A DNA stretch of 64,000 bases from an uncultured Acidobacteriota bacterium. Lineage in GTDB: Bacteria > Acidobacteriota > Vicinamibacteria > Vicinamibacterales > CAVVIG01. A model generated the notes under the pieces. The model saw only the letters and a list, made by a program, of their open reading frames with translations, had not been told where the DNA came from and did no database searches. A program made the position numbers and the translations under genes. This document shows, piece after piece, positions 14,319 through 25,662 of the stretch. Every line of letters begins with the position of its first letter. Position 1 is the stretch's first letter. The stretch spans positions 37,163 through 101,162 of the forward strand of contig CAVOPD010000019.1 of NCBI GenBank assembly GCA_963697745.1, given 5' to 3'.

Positions 14319-14325
14319 GGCTCCG

Positions 14326-15073
14326 ATGGCTCCGCTCATTTCACTGCAGGACCTGACCAAGACGTACACGGTCGGCGAGGTCGCGGTGCACGCGCTCCGC
14401 GGCGTCTCGCTCGACATCGACGCCGGCGAGTTCATCAGCATCGTCGGCCCGTCGGGTTCGGGCAAGTCGACGTGCATGCACATCCTCGGCTGCCTGGATC
14501 GACCGACGACCGGCAGGTATCTGCTCGAGGGCAAGGACGTGTCACAGCTGTCGCGCGACGAGCTCGCGCGGGTGCGGAACCACAAGATCGGCTTCGTGTT
14601 CCAGAGCTTCAACCTGCTGCCGCGCACGTCGGCCCTCGAGAACGTCGAGCTGCCGATGCTCTACACCGGCACGAAGGTGCCGCCGGCGGAGCGGCGCAAG
14701 GCGCGCGACCGCGGCACTGGCCTCGGTCGGACTCGAGAACCGGATGGACCATTTCCCGAACCAGCTGTCCGGCGGACAGCAGCAGCGCGTGGCGATTGCG
14801 CGCGCGCTGATGACCGAGCCGCCGATCCTGCTGGCCGACGAGCCGACCGGCAATCTCGACTCGCGCACCAGCGTCGAGGTGATGGAGATCTTCCAGCGTC
14901 TCCGGATGGAGCGTGGCATCACCGTCATCCTCATCACCCACGACCACGAGATCGCGGAATACGGCTCGCGCGTCGTCAGCTTCAAGGACGGACAGGTCGT
15001 GTCCGATTCGCAGAACGACAGCTGGCGGGAGGCCAGCAGGGAACTGGCGGACATGCCGCTGGTGACGGCCTGA
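14326..15073 (+). CDS. ABC transporter ATP-binding protein, MacB/LolD-type, one frameshift (about 14700)
   Basis: [49 protein letters not shown] (Walker A) ... [21 protein letters not shown] ... [33 protein letters not shown] (signature and Walker B) ... [23 protein letters not shown]. Confidence 0.92.
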
Positions 15074-15078
15074 GCGCC

Positions 15079-16703
15079 ATGGAACTCTCTGCCTGCTTCA
15101 GCCTCGCGTGGCGGACGCTTCGCCGCAATCGGCCTGCGGTCGTGCCTGACGCTGCTCGGCATCACCATCGGCGTCGGCGCGGTGCTGACCATGGTCGCGG
15201 TCGGCAACGGCGCGCGTGCGTCGATCGAGGACCAGGTGGCCGCGGCCGGCATGAATGTCATCACCGTCACCGCCGGCAATTACAAGATGAAGGGCGAGGA
15301 TCCTGGCGGCGGCGTGGCCGATCACCAGGCAGCGCTTCGCGGAGCCCTGGGAAGAGCGCGGCGACGACGTTCCCCGCGGCATGGCGGCGTTGACGTTCGC
15401 CTCGACTCAAACACCGACCGGGACGCCGGTGCCGGGCGGACTCGCGCGACCGGCGGGTGGGCCTGCACGCCTCGACAGCTCATGTACCATCCCGAGCGCG
15501 GAGCGTCGACGTTCACGCCTCGGCGGTCCATCCCGAAGACGATCCGATGGAGAAGCACAACCATCCGACGTCGCGCGATCGCCTCGGCGATTCGGCGGCC
15601 GGTCTTGGCGCGGCGGCCACGCTGACCCGTGCCGATGCCGAATGCCATCCGCGATCAGATCGAGGGCGTGCAGTTCGTTGCGGCCGGCGTGCACGAGTCG
15701 GCGCGCGTCGTCCTGGACGAGCGCCGCTGGTTCACTCGCCTCCACGGCACCGAGTCGGACATGGCGAGCATTCGCCGCACGTGGTCCTACACGCTACGGG
15801 CGCTTCTTCAACGATCGCGGAGTCGAATCGCGGCGACCAGGTCGATCGTGCTCGGCAGCGTCGTCTACGGCAAGCTGTTTCCGGACGGCAAGACCGACCC
15901 GACCGGAACGCACGGTCACGCATCTGGAACCAGCCGTTCAAAGTGGTCGGCGTGCTGGCCAGCACCACGTGGACCTCCTCTGGGCCGTTGGCGACGACGA
16001 GTTCGACGCGGTGTACGTGCCGCTCGGCGCGGTGCATCGCCTGCTGAACCTGACGCAAGCTGAACACGATTACCGTCACGTCCAGGTCGGCGGCGGACAC
16101 GACCCGCGTGTCGAAGGACGTGACGACGCTGCTGCGCGCGCGCCACAGGATCGCCGAAGCCACACCAGACGACTTCGTCGTCCGCACGCAGGCCAGCGCG
16201 GCGCTCGGCAAAGGGCATCAACCCGCAGGTCGCTCGAGCGATTGCCGGCAACGTGCCCGGTCTCGAGTCGGTCACGCTCGAGCAGTTGTCGCACGACGCT
16301 CGAACGATCGAGCCGGACGATGACGGCGCTGCTCGCCAGCGTGGCGAGCGTGTCGCTGCTTGTCGGCGGCATCGGCATCATGAACGTGATGCTGCTGTCG
16401 GTCACCGAGCGGACGCGGGAGATCGGCATCCGCATGGCGCTCGGCGCACGGGCGCGCGACGTGATGCTGCAGTTCCTGGCCGAGGCGGTCACGCTGAGCC
16501 TGACCGGCGGCGTCATCGGCGTGGCGTCGGCCTGATCGCCGCCGGAATCGGTGCGCCAGATGCTGCAATGGGCGACGGTCGTCTCTCCTGGCGCGATCGT
16601 GATCGCCGTTGGCGTGGCGGCCGTCGTCGGCGTCTTCTTCGGGCTCTATCCGGCACGACAGGCCTCGCGGCTCGATCCGATCGAGGCGCTGCGGTTCGAG
16701 TGA
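15079..16703 (+). CDS. MacB/FtsX-family ABC permease, tandem copy 1, many frameshifts
   Basis: N-terminus [65 protein letters not shown]-terminus [68 protein letters not shown]...[23 protein letters not shown]-stop (16701-16703). Confidence 0.85.
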
Positions 16704-16763
16704 GGTGGGCAGTTCGGCCAGGTCGGGCAGTCGAGCCAGGTCGGGTAGTCCGGTTCGCTCGAT

Positions 16764-18224
16764 ATGGAACTGATCGCAACAGTGCAACTCGCCATTCGCG
16801 CGATTGGCCGGCACCGGCTCCGATCGGCGCTGACGCTGCTCGGCATCACGATCGGCGTGGCGGTCGTGATCGTGATGGTGGCGATCGGCACCGGGGCGCA
16901 GCGATCGATCGAGCAGCAGGTCCGGGCTGCCGGCGCGAACCTCGTCACCGTGACGCGCCGGCAACTACTCGCCCGGCAACCTCGATCCCGAGCTCCGGCG
17001 ACGTCGTCGATACGCGGCGAACTGGCCGGCGGTGCGTCGGTGAGTTCGTCGCACCGACGCGCGCCACAGGGCCACGGCGACCGGCGGATGGGCCGGAATG
17101 GCGGTGTCGCCGCGCGTTGCCGGCCGCGGCGCGTCGACACGGCTCTCGGTCGAGGACGGCGCCGCGATCGGCAGGCGACGTCGCCGGCGTGCCGGCCGTG
17201 GCGCCAGGCGTGAGCGAGAGCGCCGTCATGTGGAACGGCAACGCACGTCGGTGTTCGGCCGGCTCCAGGGCACCGACGCCAGTGCTGCCGACGATGCGCG
17301 GGATCGCGATGCGCGCCGGCCGATTCTTTCCGCCGCGCGACGTCACCGACGCTGCGCGCCGGTCGTCGTGCTGACGCCGTCGGTGGCCAGAGAAGCTGTT
17401 CGGCGAGCGGACGCAGATCCGACGGGCCGGACCGGTCCGCATCCGGCAGACGCAGTTCACGGTGATCGGCGTGGTCGCGAAGAGCGCCGGGCTCTGGACG
17501 ACAGGCAGGCCCGGCGCTCGACGAGGTGTACGCCCCGTACACCGCCGTCCAGAAGCTGCTCGACGTCAGCGCATCTGCAGTCGATCGCCGTGTTCGTGCG
17601 ACCAGGCCGGCGAATCGACGCGCATCGCCGCGGACGTCACGAGGCTGCTGCGCGCGCGCCATGCGTCTCGGCGCGACCGACCCGGACGACTTCACCGTGC
17701 GGACGCAGGCGCGCGACGCGATCACCGGCAAGGGCGTGAACCCGCTGCTCGCCCGCGCGGTCGCCGGCAGCGTCGTGAACCTCGACGACGGTCACGCTGG
17801 CCGAGATCGCGACGTCGCTCGAGCGCTCGAGCCGGACGATGACCGCGCTGCTGGCCAGCGTCGCGAGCGTGTCGCTGCTGGTCGGCGGCATCGGGATCAT
17901 GAACATCATGCTCGTGTCGGTGACCGAGCGGACGCGCGAGATCGGGATCCGCATGGCGCTCGGCGCGCGCGGCCGCGACGTGCTGGTGCAGTTCCTGGTC
18001 GAGGCGATCACGCTTGAGCGTGCTCGGCGGCCTGGTCGGCGTCGTGATCGGCGTGCTCGGGTCGGGCGGCGTCGGGCGCATGCTGCGCTGGGCGACGGTG
18101 GTCTCGCCTGCCAGCGTGGCGGTCTCGGTGTGCGTCGCCGGCGCTGGTCGGCATCTTCTTCGGGTTCTATCCGGCACGGCAGGCGTCGCGGCTCGATCCG
18201 ATCGATGCGCTGCGGTTCGAGTGA
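16764..18224 (+). CDS. MacB/FtsX-family ABC permease, tandem copy 2, many frameshifts
   Basis: [64 protein letters not shown] ... [59 protein letters not shown] ... [22 protein letters not shown]-stop (18222-18224). Confidence 0.85.
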
Positions 18225-18302
18225 AGATCGTGGTCAGCTCAGTAGGCGGTCACGGGAGTCCGACACATGGAATGCTGACTTCGGCAACAGTGTCGGATTG
18301 CG

Positions 18303-19584
18303 GTGCGGGCGCTCGGGCGGCACAAGCTGCGGACCTTTCTCACCATGCTCGGCATGATCATCGGCGTCGCCGCGGTGATGACGATGGTGGCACTCGGCAG
18401 CGGCGCGCAGGCGTCGGTCGAGGACGAGATGAAGTCGGCCGGCACCAACCTGGTCTACGTCAGCGCCGGCAACTACACGCGCGGCGGCGACGACGTGAAG
18501 GTGGCGTCGGGCCTCGGCGTCGGCGAAGACGCTCGTGCCAGGCTGACGTCGACGCGATCGCGTCGCAGATCGAGCGGCATCAAGTTCATCTCGCCGGGCG
18601 TCGGCGATCGTGCGCCGATGACCGCCGGCGAGCGCCGCTACTTCAACCGCGTGCTCGGCGTCGGCGCGGAATTTTCCGCCGATGCACTCCTGGACGATGC
18701 GCCGCGGCGGCACGATGTTCGCGCCGACCGACGTCGCCCAGCGGGCCAGCGTGGCGGTGCATCGGCACGAGCGCCGCGACCGCGCTGTTCGGCGACAGCC
18801 GAGCCGGTCGGCCAGTCGTTCACGATCCGGCAGCGAAACGTTCACGGTGGTCGGCGTCACCGAGTCGAAGGTCGAAGACCAGCCGGATTCGGTGTTCGTG
18901 CCGTTCACCACGCTGCAGCAGATGCGCGGACTCACCAGCCTCGAGACGATCACCGTCGCCGCGGAACAGGCGGGCGAGGCGTCGCGAATCGCGACCGAGA
19001 TCGGCGACGCTGCTGCGGGCGCGGCACCACCTGGCCGGCAGCCGCGCCCGACGACTTCACCGTGAAGACCGAGGCCGCCAAGGCGCTGACGAAGGGGCTC
19101 TACACCTCGGCGGCGGTCTTCGTGCTCGCCAACCTGCCGCAACTCGATCAGATCACGCTCGAAGAGATGACCGGCACGCTGCAGCAGACCAGCCGGACGC
19201 TGACCATGCTGCTCGCCAGCATCGCCGCGATCTCGCTCGTGGTCGGCGGCATCGGCATCATGAACATCATGCTCGTGTCGGTCACCGAGCGGACGCGCGA
19301 GATCGGCCTGCGCATGGCACTCGGCGCGCGCGGGCGCGACGTGCTGGTGCAGTTCCTGGTCGAGGCGCTCACGCTCAGCGTCGCCGGCGGCGCCATCGGC
19401 GTCGCGCTCGGCTTCCTCTCCTCGCGCATCGTGACGCGGATGCTCGAGTGGCAGACGGTGGTCTCGCCAGGCGCGGTGGCGATGGCGTTCGGCACGGCGC
19501 TCGTCGACCGGTGTGTTCTTCGGCTTCTATCCGGCCCGCCGGGCATCGCAGCTCGATCCGATCGACGCGCTGCGATTCGAGTAG
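18303..19584 (+). CDS. MacB/FtsX-family ABC permease, tandem copy 3, frameshifted. The true start may be the ATG at 18267
   Basis: ([14 protein letters not shown])[57 protein letters not shown] ... [65 protein letters not shown] ... [22 protein letters not shown]-stop (19582-19584). An in-frame TGA sits at 18276-18278 if the ATG at 18267 is used. Confidence 0.82.
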
Positions 19585-19771
19585 ATGGCAGGGCCACAGC
19601 GCCGCAGCCGAGGCAGTTCGACGGCAGGTGGACGCCAGGAGGTCGGCGGCGTTAACGGCACACTGTTGACGCAGCCGCGGTCACGGAGCGCCTTGCCAAA
19701 GACGCTGGACATGGCTGAGTGAGCCAGCTGCGGCTCTGTCGATCGATGCCAGGTGGCCAGACACGGCACTC

Positions 19772-21409
19772 ATGAAGAAATTAACGGCAGCGATCGTCCT
19801 CTCATCCGTGGTCGCCGTTCAGCGCCTGCGCCGGCAGCCCGCAGGCGCAAGGCGAGCGCGACGGCGGCAACCGAGGCGCCGAAGAAGAAGCTCGGCGTCC
19901 GGCCGAACGGCGACACCGAACTTCAGCCGGACATGTCGCTGGTGAAGAGCGAAGAGCTGAAGAAGGTCTTCACCTACATCGACGAGCACATCGACGATCA
20001 CGTCGAGAACCTGCAGAAGTGGATTCAGCAGCCGAGCATCTCGAATTCCGGCGAAGGCATTCCGGAGTCGGCCGAGATGGTGAAGGGGTTCTTCGAGCAG
20101 CTCGGATGCCAGGAGTCGCGCGTCTACGACGTCGGCCAGACCGAGTGGGGCGCGCAGGGCAACCCGGTGGTCTACGCGCAAGTGCGACGAAGGGGCGCCG
20201 AGGACGCTGGTCATCTACTGGATGTACGACACGATGCCGGTGACGCAGCCCGACGTGTGGGTGGCGCCGCCGTTCGAGGGCCGGCTCGTCGAGCAGGCGC
20301 CGTTCAAGAAGGTGCTCATCGGCCGCGGCGCCACCAACTCGAAGGGGCCGCAGATGGCGCAGCTGAACGCGCTGATGTCCATCAAGGCGGTCACCGGCAA
20401 GCTGCCCGGTGAACCTGATCTTCGTCGCCGAAGGTGACGAGGAGCGCATGGACGTCGGCCTGCGCAAGTTCATGATGGACCACGCCGACCTCTTCAAGGG
20501 CGCCGACGCGATGTGGGGCGACGGCGGCCAGAGCCCGTCGGGCCGCGGCAGCATCAGCGAAGGCAACTCGGAAGGGTGCGTCTACGTCGAGATCACCACC
20601 AGCGGCACGCGCTGGGGCCGCGGCCCGACGGTGTCGGACATTCACGGCGGCAACAAGCGCAGCGTCGACAGCCCGGCCTGGCGCCACATCAAGGCGATCG
20701 CCTCGCTCGTCTCGGAGGACGGCAACACGGCGAAGATCGACGGCTTCTACGACGATGCGGTGAAGCCGACGCCGGCGCAGCTGACGAGCTACAAGGGAAG
20801 CGCCGCGAAGCGTTCGACGTCGAGGAAGCGGCGCGCAATCTCGGCGTGGCGCGGTTCATCTCGGACAAGCCGGAAGACATCATGCGCGATCGCAACTGGA
20901 TCTCGTTCAACCTCGACGGCATCTGGGGCGGCAACATGTATGCGGGCGGCGCCGGCGCCATCCTGCCGAACAAGATCACCTCGAAGCACAACATCCGCTA
21001 CGTGCCGAACATGAAGGGGCCCGACCTGGTCGAGAAGATGAAGAAGCAGCTGATCAAGAACGGCTATCCTGACGTCGAGGTGAAGATCATCGGCGACGTG
21101 CCGTGGCGTGTCGGCAAGCTGCAGGGCGAGCTGCCGCAGGCGCAGTCGCGCGCGCTCGACATCATGCAGATCCCGCACAACAAGCCGAAGGAAAACGAGA
21201 CGCTGACCGGCGGCTACTGGCCGGCGTACCTGTTCGGAGCCGACTACGCGATCAACATCCCGATCTCGAACGCCGGCGCCGGCTACGGCGGCAACGCGCA
21301 CGCCGCCAACGAGTTCTACGTGATCGAAGGCGCCGGCAAGGTGTACGGCATGGCGGGCGCCGAGAAGACTCTGGCGGCGGTGCTGTTCGACTACGCGGGG
21401 AAGAACTGA
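19772..21409 (+). CDS. M20-family metallopeptidase lipoprotein, copy 2 (paralog of 12617..14318), frameshifted
   Basis: MKKLTAAIVLSSVVAV.ACAG (lipobox, frame break) ... [51 protein letters not shown] ... [44 protein letters not shown] ... [14 protein letters not shown] ... [19 protein letters not shown] ... [46 protein letters not shown]-stop. Confidence 0.85.
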
Positions 21410-21537
21410 ATGGCACGCGTGGCAGAAGGCGCAGGCAGACGCACAAAGGCGAAGACGCGGCAAGAACGCAGCGAGGACGTCATGGCCCGCCCGCACGGCA
21501 ACGACGCATCATGTAGTCGAGGACATTGAGGAGACCT

Positions 21538-23209
21538 ATGCAGATATCACGATCGTGGACGAAGGCGGCGGCGCTGAGCGCGGCATCGGCCTGACGGCTG
21601 CCGGCGCTGCGCGCACAGGGCGGAGCGAAGCCGGCCGCAGGCCAAGCCGGCCGCGCCAAAGCCGGCGGCGACTGCCGCCGAAGCTCGAAGGCTACAAGAA
21701 GGAAGTGGCGGCCGACGTCGACAACATGGCGGTCTTCACGCAGCAGATGATCGACCAGGTGTTCAGCTTCGGCGAGCTCGGCTTCCAGGAGTTCGAGACG
21801 ACGCAGATACCTGACCGACATCCTCAAGAAGAACGGCTTCACGGTGCAGGAGAACCTCGCCGGGATTCCGACGGCGTGGATGGCGAGCTGGGGCTCGGGC
21901 AAGCCGGTGATCGCGCTCGGTTCCGACATCGACTGCATTCCGCAGGCGTCGCAGAAGCCTGGCGTGGCGTGGCACGAGCCGATGATCCAGGGCGCGCCCG
22001 GCCACGGCGAGGGGCACAACTCGGGCATGCCGCTGAACATCACGGCGGCGCTCGCCGTGAAGAAGATCATGGAGCGCGAGCACCTGCCTGGCACGATCCG
22101 CCTGTGGCCGGGCGTGGCCGAGGAACTGCTCGGCACCAAGGCGTACTACGTGCGCGAGGGCGCCTTCAAGGACGTGGACATCGCGCTCTTCGCGCATGTC
22201 GGCGCGGCGCATGAACGTCGAGCTGGGGCGACGGATCGAACAACGGCCTCATCTCGGTCGAGTACCTGTTCAAGGGTGAGAGCGCCCACGCGGCCGGCGC
22301 ACCGTGGCGCGGCAAGTCGGCGCTCGACGCCGCGACGCTGATGGACATCGGCTGGAACTACCGACGCGAGCATCTGCGCCTGCAGCAGCGCTCGCACTCG
22401 GTCTTCAGCGACGGCGGCGACCAGCCGAACGTCGTGCCGCCGACGGCCGCCATCTGGTACTACTTCCGCGAAACCGACTACCCGCACATCAAGGACCTGT
22501 GGGCCATCGGCGACGACATGGCCAAGGGCGCGGCGCTGATGACCGGCACCGAGGTGACCTCGCGCGTGCTCGGGTCGGCCTGGCCGTGCGCACATGAACA
22601 AGACGGTGGCCGAGACGATGCACGCCAACATGGAGGCCGTCGGGATGCCGACCTGGTCGGAGGCCGACCAGACGCTGGCGCGCGCGCTGCAGCGGGAGCT
22701 GAAGGTGCCGGAAGTGGGGCTGCGCGACGAAGGTCAACGAGCTGCGCGGCAAGGAAGAGATTCCGGACGAGGACAAGCGCGGCGGCGGCTCCGACGACAT
22801 CGGCGACATCTCCTGGAACGTGCCGACGGTGACGCTGAACTACCCGGCCAACATCAACGCCGGCCCCGGCCACAACTGGGCGAACGCCGTGTCGATGGCG
22901 ACGCCGATCGCGCACAAGGGCACGACCGCCGGCGCGAAGGTGCAGGCCCTGACCGTGCTCGACCTGCTGACGCGCCCCGAGCTGGTCGCGCAGGCGTGGG
23001 ACTACTTCAACAACGTCCAGACGAAGGACAAGAAGTACATCCCGCTGCTGCGTCCCGAGGACAAGCCGGCGATCTGGCTGAACAAGGAGACGATGGAGCG
23101 GTACCGGCCGGAGATGAAGAAGTACTACTTCGACCCGACGAAGTACAAGACCTACCTCGAGCAGCTCGGCATCGAGTATCCGACCGTTCGCAAGAACTCG
23201 ACGGAGTAG
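21538..23209 (+). CDS. M20D-type amidohydrolase resembling aminobenzoyl-glutamate utilisation protein B (AbgB-like), frameshifted
   Basis: GAGGAG RBS before the ATG at 21538. KLEGYKKEVAADVDNMAVFTQQMIDQVFSFGELGFQEFET / NGFTVQENLAGIPTAWMASWGSGKPVIALGSDIDCIPQASQKPGVAWHEPMIQGAPGHGEGHNSGMPLNI...RLWPGVAEELLGTKAYYVREGAFKDVDIALFAHVG / MDIGWNYRREHLRLQQRSHSVFSDGGDQPNVVPPTAAIWYYFRE / PTVTLNYPANINAGPGHNWANAVSMATPIAHKG. Confidence 0.75.
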
Positions 23210-23255
23210 AACAGTCGGCACGTCTCGGCAATCGCGAGTCTCAAGTCATCGGTTT

Positions 23256-23294
23256 CGAAGAGGGCGGGCAGGTTTCCAGTCCGCCCTTCGGTTT
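23256..23294 (+). terminator. Hairpin plus T-run after the amidohydrolase gene
   Basis: cgaagagggcgg / 13-nt loop gcaggtttccagt / ccgcccttcg, followed by gtttgcg. A second, related element gggcgggctggcgtttccagtgcgc lies at about 23304-23330. Confidence 0.6.
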
Positions 23295-23365
23295 GCGACA
23301 GCAGGGCGGGCTGGCGTTTCCAGTGCGCTGCTACTTTGTTGCTTGCGATGGCACAGTGCACTGCT

Positions 23366-23456
23366 GACTTTCGATCTGTGACTTGCGACCTGTGACTTGC
23401 GACCTTGTGACTTCCGACCTGTGAACTTGTGACATCCGATCTGTGACGTCGTGACT
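23366..23456. repeat. Tandem repeat of about 14 bp (consensus GTGACTTGCGACCT, about 6.5 decayed units) immediately upstream of dinB-family gene
   Basis: gactttcgatctgtgacttgcgacctgtgacttgcgaccttgtgacttccgacctgtgaacttgtgacatccgatctgtgacgtcgtgac. It ends 17 nt before the start at 23473. Confidence 0.85.
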
Positions 23457-23472
23457 AACCAGGAGTGCCGTT

Positions 23473-23982
23473 GTGTCCAACATGATCAGTCAGTCGATGC
23501 TGCCGGAGTTCGACATGGAGATGGCCAACACTCGCAAGGTGCTCGAGCGGGTGCCCGAGTCGCAGCTGGCGTTTGCGCCGCATCCGAAGTCGATGACCCT
23601 GGCGCGCCTTGCCGGCCACGTGGTGGAGATGCCGCTCTGGGGCGTGATGACGCTGAGCCAGGACGAACTCGACATGCGCCCTGACGGCGTCCCTGCCTTC
23701 ACGGCGTATCAGTTCACCACCGCGCCCGAGGCGATGACGACCTTCGACGAGCATGTGCGGCAGTCCCGTGCGCTGCTTGCGGCCGCCACCGACGAGACCA
23801 TGATGCGGACCTGGTCGCTCAAGGACAGCGGCAAGACCATTCTGGCGCTGCCCAAAGTGGCTGTGATGCGCAGCTTCGTGCTGAATCACATGATTCACCA
23901 CCGCGGACAGCTCGGCGTGTACCTGCGCCTGAACAACGTGCCGGTGCCGGGGCTGTACGGTCCGTCCGCCGACGAGCAATAA
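23473..23982 (+). CDS. DinB-superfamily (damage-inducible, four-helix-bundle metal-binding) protein, intact
   Basis: Uninterrupted 169-aa ORF: [46 protein letters not shown]...[37 protein letters not shown]. Confidence 0.8.
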   Translation: MSNMISQSMLPEFDMEMANTRKVLERVPESQLAFAPHPKSMTLARLAGHVVEMPLWGVMTLSQDELDMRPDGVPAFTAYQFTTAPEAMTTFDEHVRQSRALLAAATDETMMRTWSLKDSGKTILALPKVAVMRSFVLNHMIHHRGQLGVYLRLNNVPVPGLYGPSADEQ

Positions 23983-23988
23983 GAGTGT

Positions 23989-25619
23989 TCAGGCGGCCTG
24001 ACCGCTCCGAAGCTTCGCGACGGCGCTGCGCTTCGATCTGCCGCACGCGCTCGCGCGACAGGCCCAGCTTGCGGCCGACTTCGGCCAGCGTGAACTCGCG
24101 GTCCGCGGCGAACCCGTACCGCAGGCGCACGACCTCGCGCTCCCGTTCGGTGAGCGGTTCCAGCGCACCCTCGATGCGGGATGCGAGTTCGCGTGAAATG
24201 ACCTCGTCCTCCGGGCGACGGTACGGTGCGGTCGCGGATCATGGTGCCGATTGCCTGCTCCTCGTTCTCGCCGGTCGGCGCGTCGAGCGAGTAAGGCTGG
24301 CGTGCCGCGTCCAGCAGCAGCCGCACCTTGTCGGCCGGCATGCCGAGACGGGCGCCGAGCTCCGCCTCGCTCGGCTCACGACCGCTCGCCTCACGCAGCG
24401 TGCGCCGCGCGCGCTCCAGCTTGCCGATGGCTTCGACCGCATGCACGGGAAGGCGAATCGTTCTGCCGTAGTCGGCCACGCCGCGCGACACCGACTGGCG
24501 GATCCACCAGGTCGCGTAGGTCGAGAAGCGCAGCCCGCGCGATGGCTGGAATCGATCGACCGCTTTCATCAGGCCGATGTTGCCTTCCTGGATCAGGTCG
24601 AGCAGCGACAGGCCGCGGTTGGAATAGCGCTTCGCAATCGAGACGACGAGCCTGAGGTTCGGCTTCGATCAGCCGCTGCTTGGCGTCGCGCAGTACCGCA
24701 TCGGCGCGTCTGATTGCGGCGAGCCGTTCGTCGAACAGCGTCGGCGTCAGGCCGGTGCGTTTCTCGAACGCGACGCGTGCAGCGCGGTTCGCATCGCGAG
24801 GGCATGTCGACGCTGCCGAGTCGGGCGACGATTTCCTCGACGACCGACGGGCGAATCGGTTGCCGTGCCAGCGCGCGGGCGATCAGTCGTCCGCGCCTTC
24901 TCCGCGCGCTGCACCGCGCGCGCATGCTCGGGCGTGTCACTCGGCTCGGGTGTGGACAGGCACGACCACGACCGGAGCCGATCGGCGCGGCGCGATCGCG
25001 CGCAGCACCGGATCGACGCGCGACACCTTCAAGCTCGCCGCCGTCGGCCAGCAGCACGAGCTCCGCGGCCGGCGCCTGTCCAGACCGCACGCGGTTGGCC
25101 AGGTCCGCAAGCGTGTGAATGGCGCACGGCATTCCGGCCAGGGCACCGACGAGCTCGGCCCGGGCGGTGTCGATCCGCCGCCCGAGTTCACTTTCCTGCG
25201 CCGGGGTGAGCAGCGGCCAGCGGCCGACTTCGCGCAGGTACGTGCGGACGAGGTCGCCATCGCTGAACGACGGCTCGGCCACGGCTCATCGACGTCCTCC
25301 TCCTCGTCCTCGTTCCGGCTCTTCGATGACCTGAGGCTGCGGCGGCCTCCGGCTCCTCGTCGGCGATCAGCTGCTCGGGTGGGACGTCGGGATCTTCGTC
25401 GCTCACGTCGGCGGATTCTTCGGCGCCTGGCGTCAGCCCGTATCGGCGGGCGCGACGCCTCCAGTCGAGTACGCGGAGCTGTGAGGGCTGGTCTTCCCAT
25501 TCGACGAGCGGGTCTGTTGTTGGCTTCGGGCGAGGCACACCAGACGGTTTGCAAGCTGCCGACCAGCCTGGAACCTGAACGCGCCCCATTGATTCCTGCG
25601 CCTCGACCTGCAGGAACAT
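23989..25619 (-). CDS. RpoD-type (group 1/2) sigma-70 factor with an acidic N-terminal extension, many frameshifts
   Basis: [28 protein letters not shown] (region 1.2); [77 protein letters not shown] (regions 2.1-2.4, read across frames); [24 protein letters not shown] (region 3); [43 protein letters not shown] (region 4.2). The start (25619 or 25589) and the exact stop are uncertain. Confidence 0.85.
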
Positions 25620-25662
25620 GACGTCGCCACCGAGCGTTTCCAGGCCAAGGAGCGACACACGT

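Noticed and set aside
18267-18303. In-frame TGA (18276-18278) in the N-terminus of permease 3 ([23 protein letters not shown]) as selenocysteine or stop-codon recoding.
   Set aside because: I saw no SECIS-like hairpin downstream, and the position is not a conserved Cys in the two paralogs. A GTG start at 18303 or a substitution/indel error explains it.
12617-21409. The duplicated M20 genes bracketing the ABC genes as the ends of a composite transposon or other mobile element.
   Set aside because: There is no transposase, integrase or terminal inverted repeats. The copies are direct paralogs with divergent middles, and the flanking genes are functionally coherent with the cluster.
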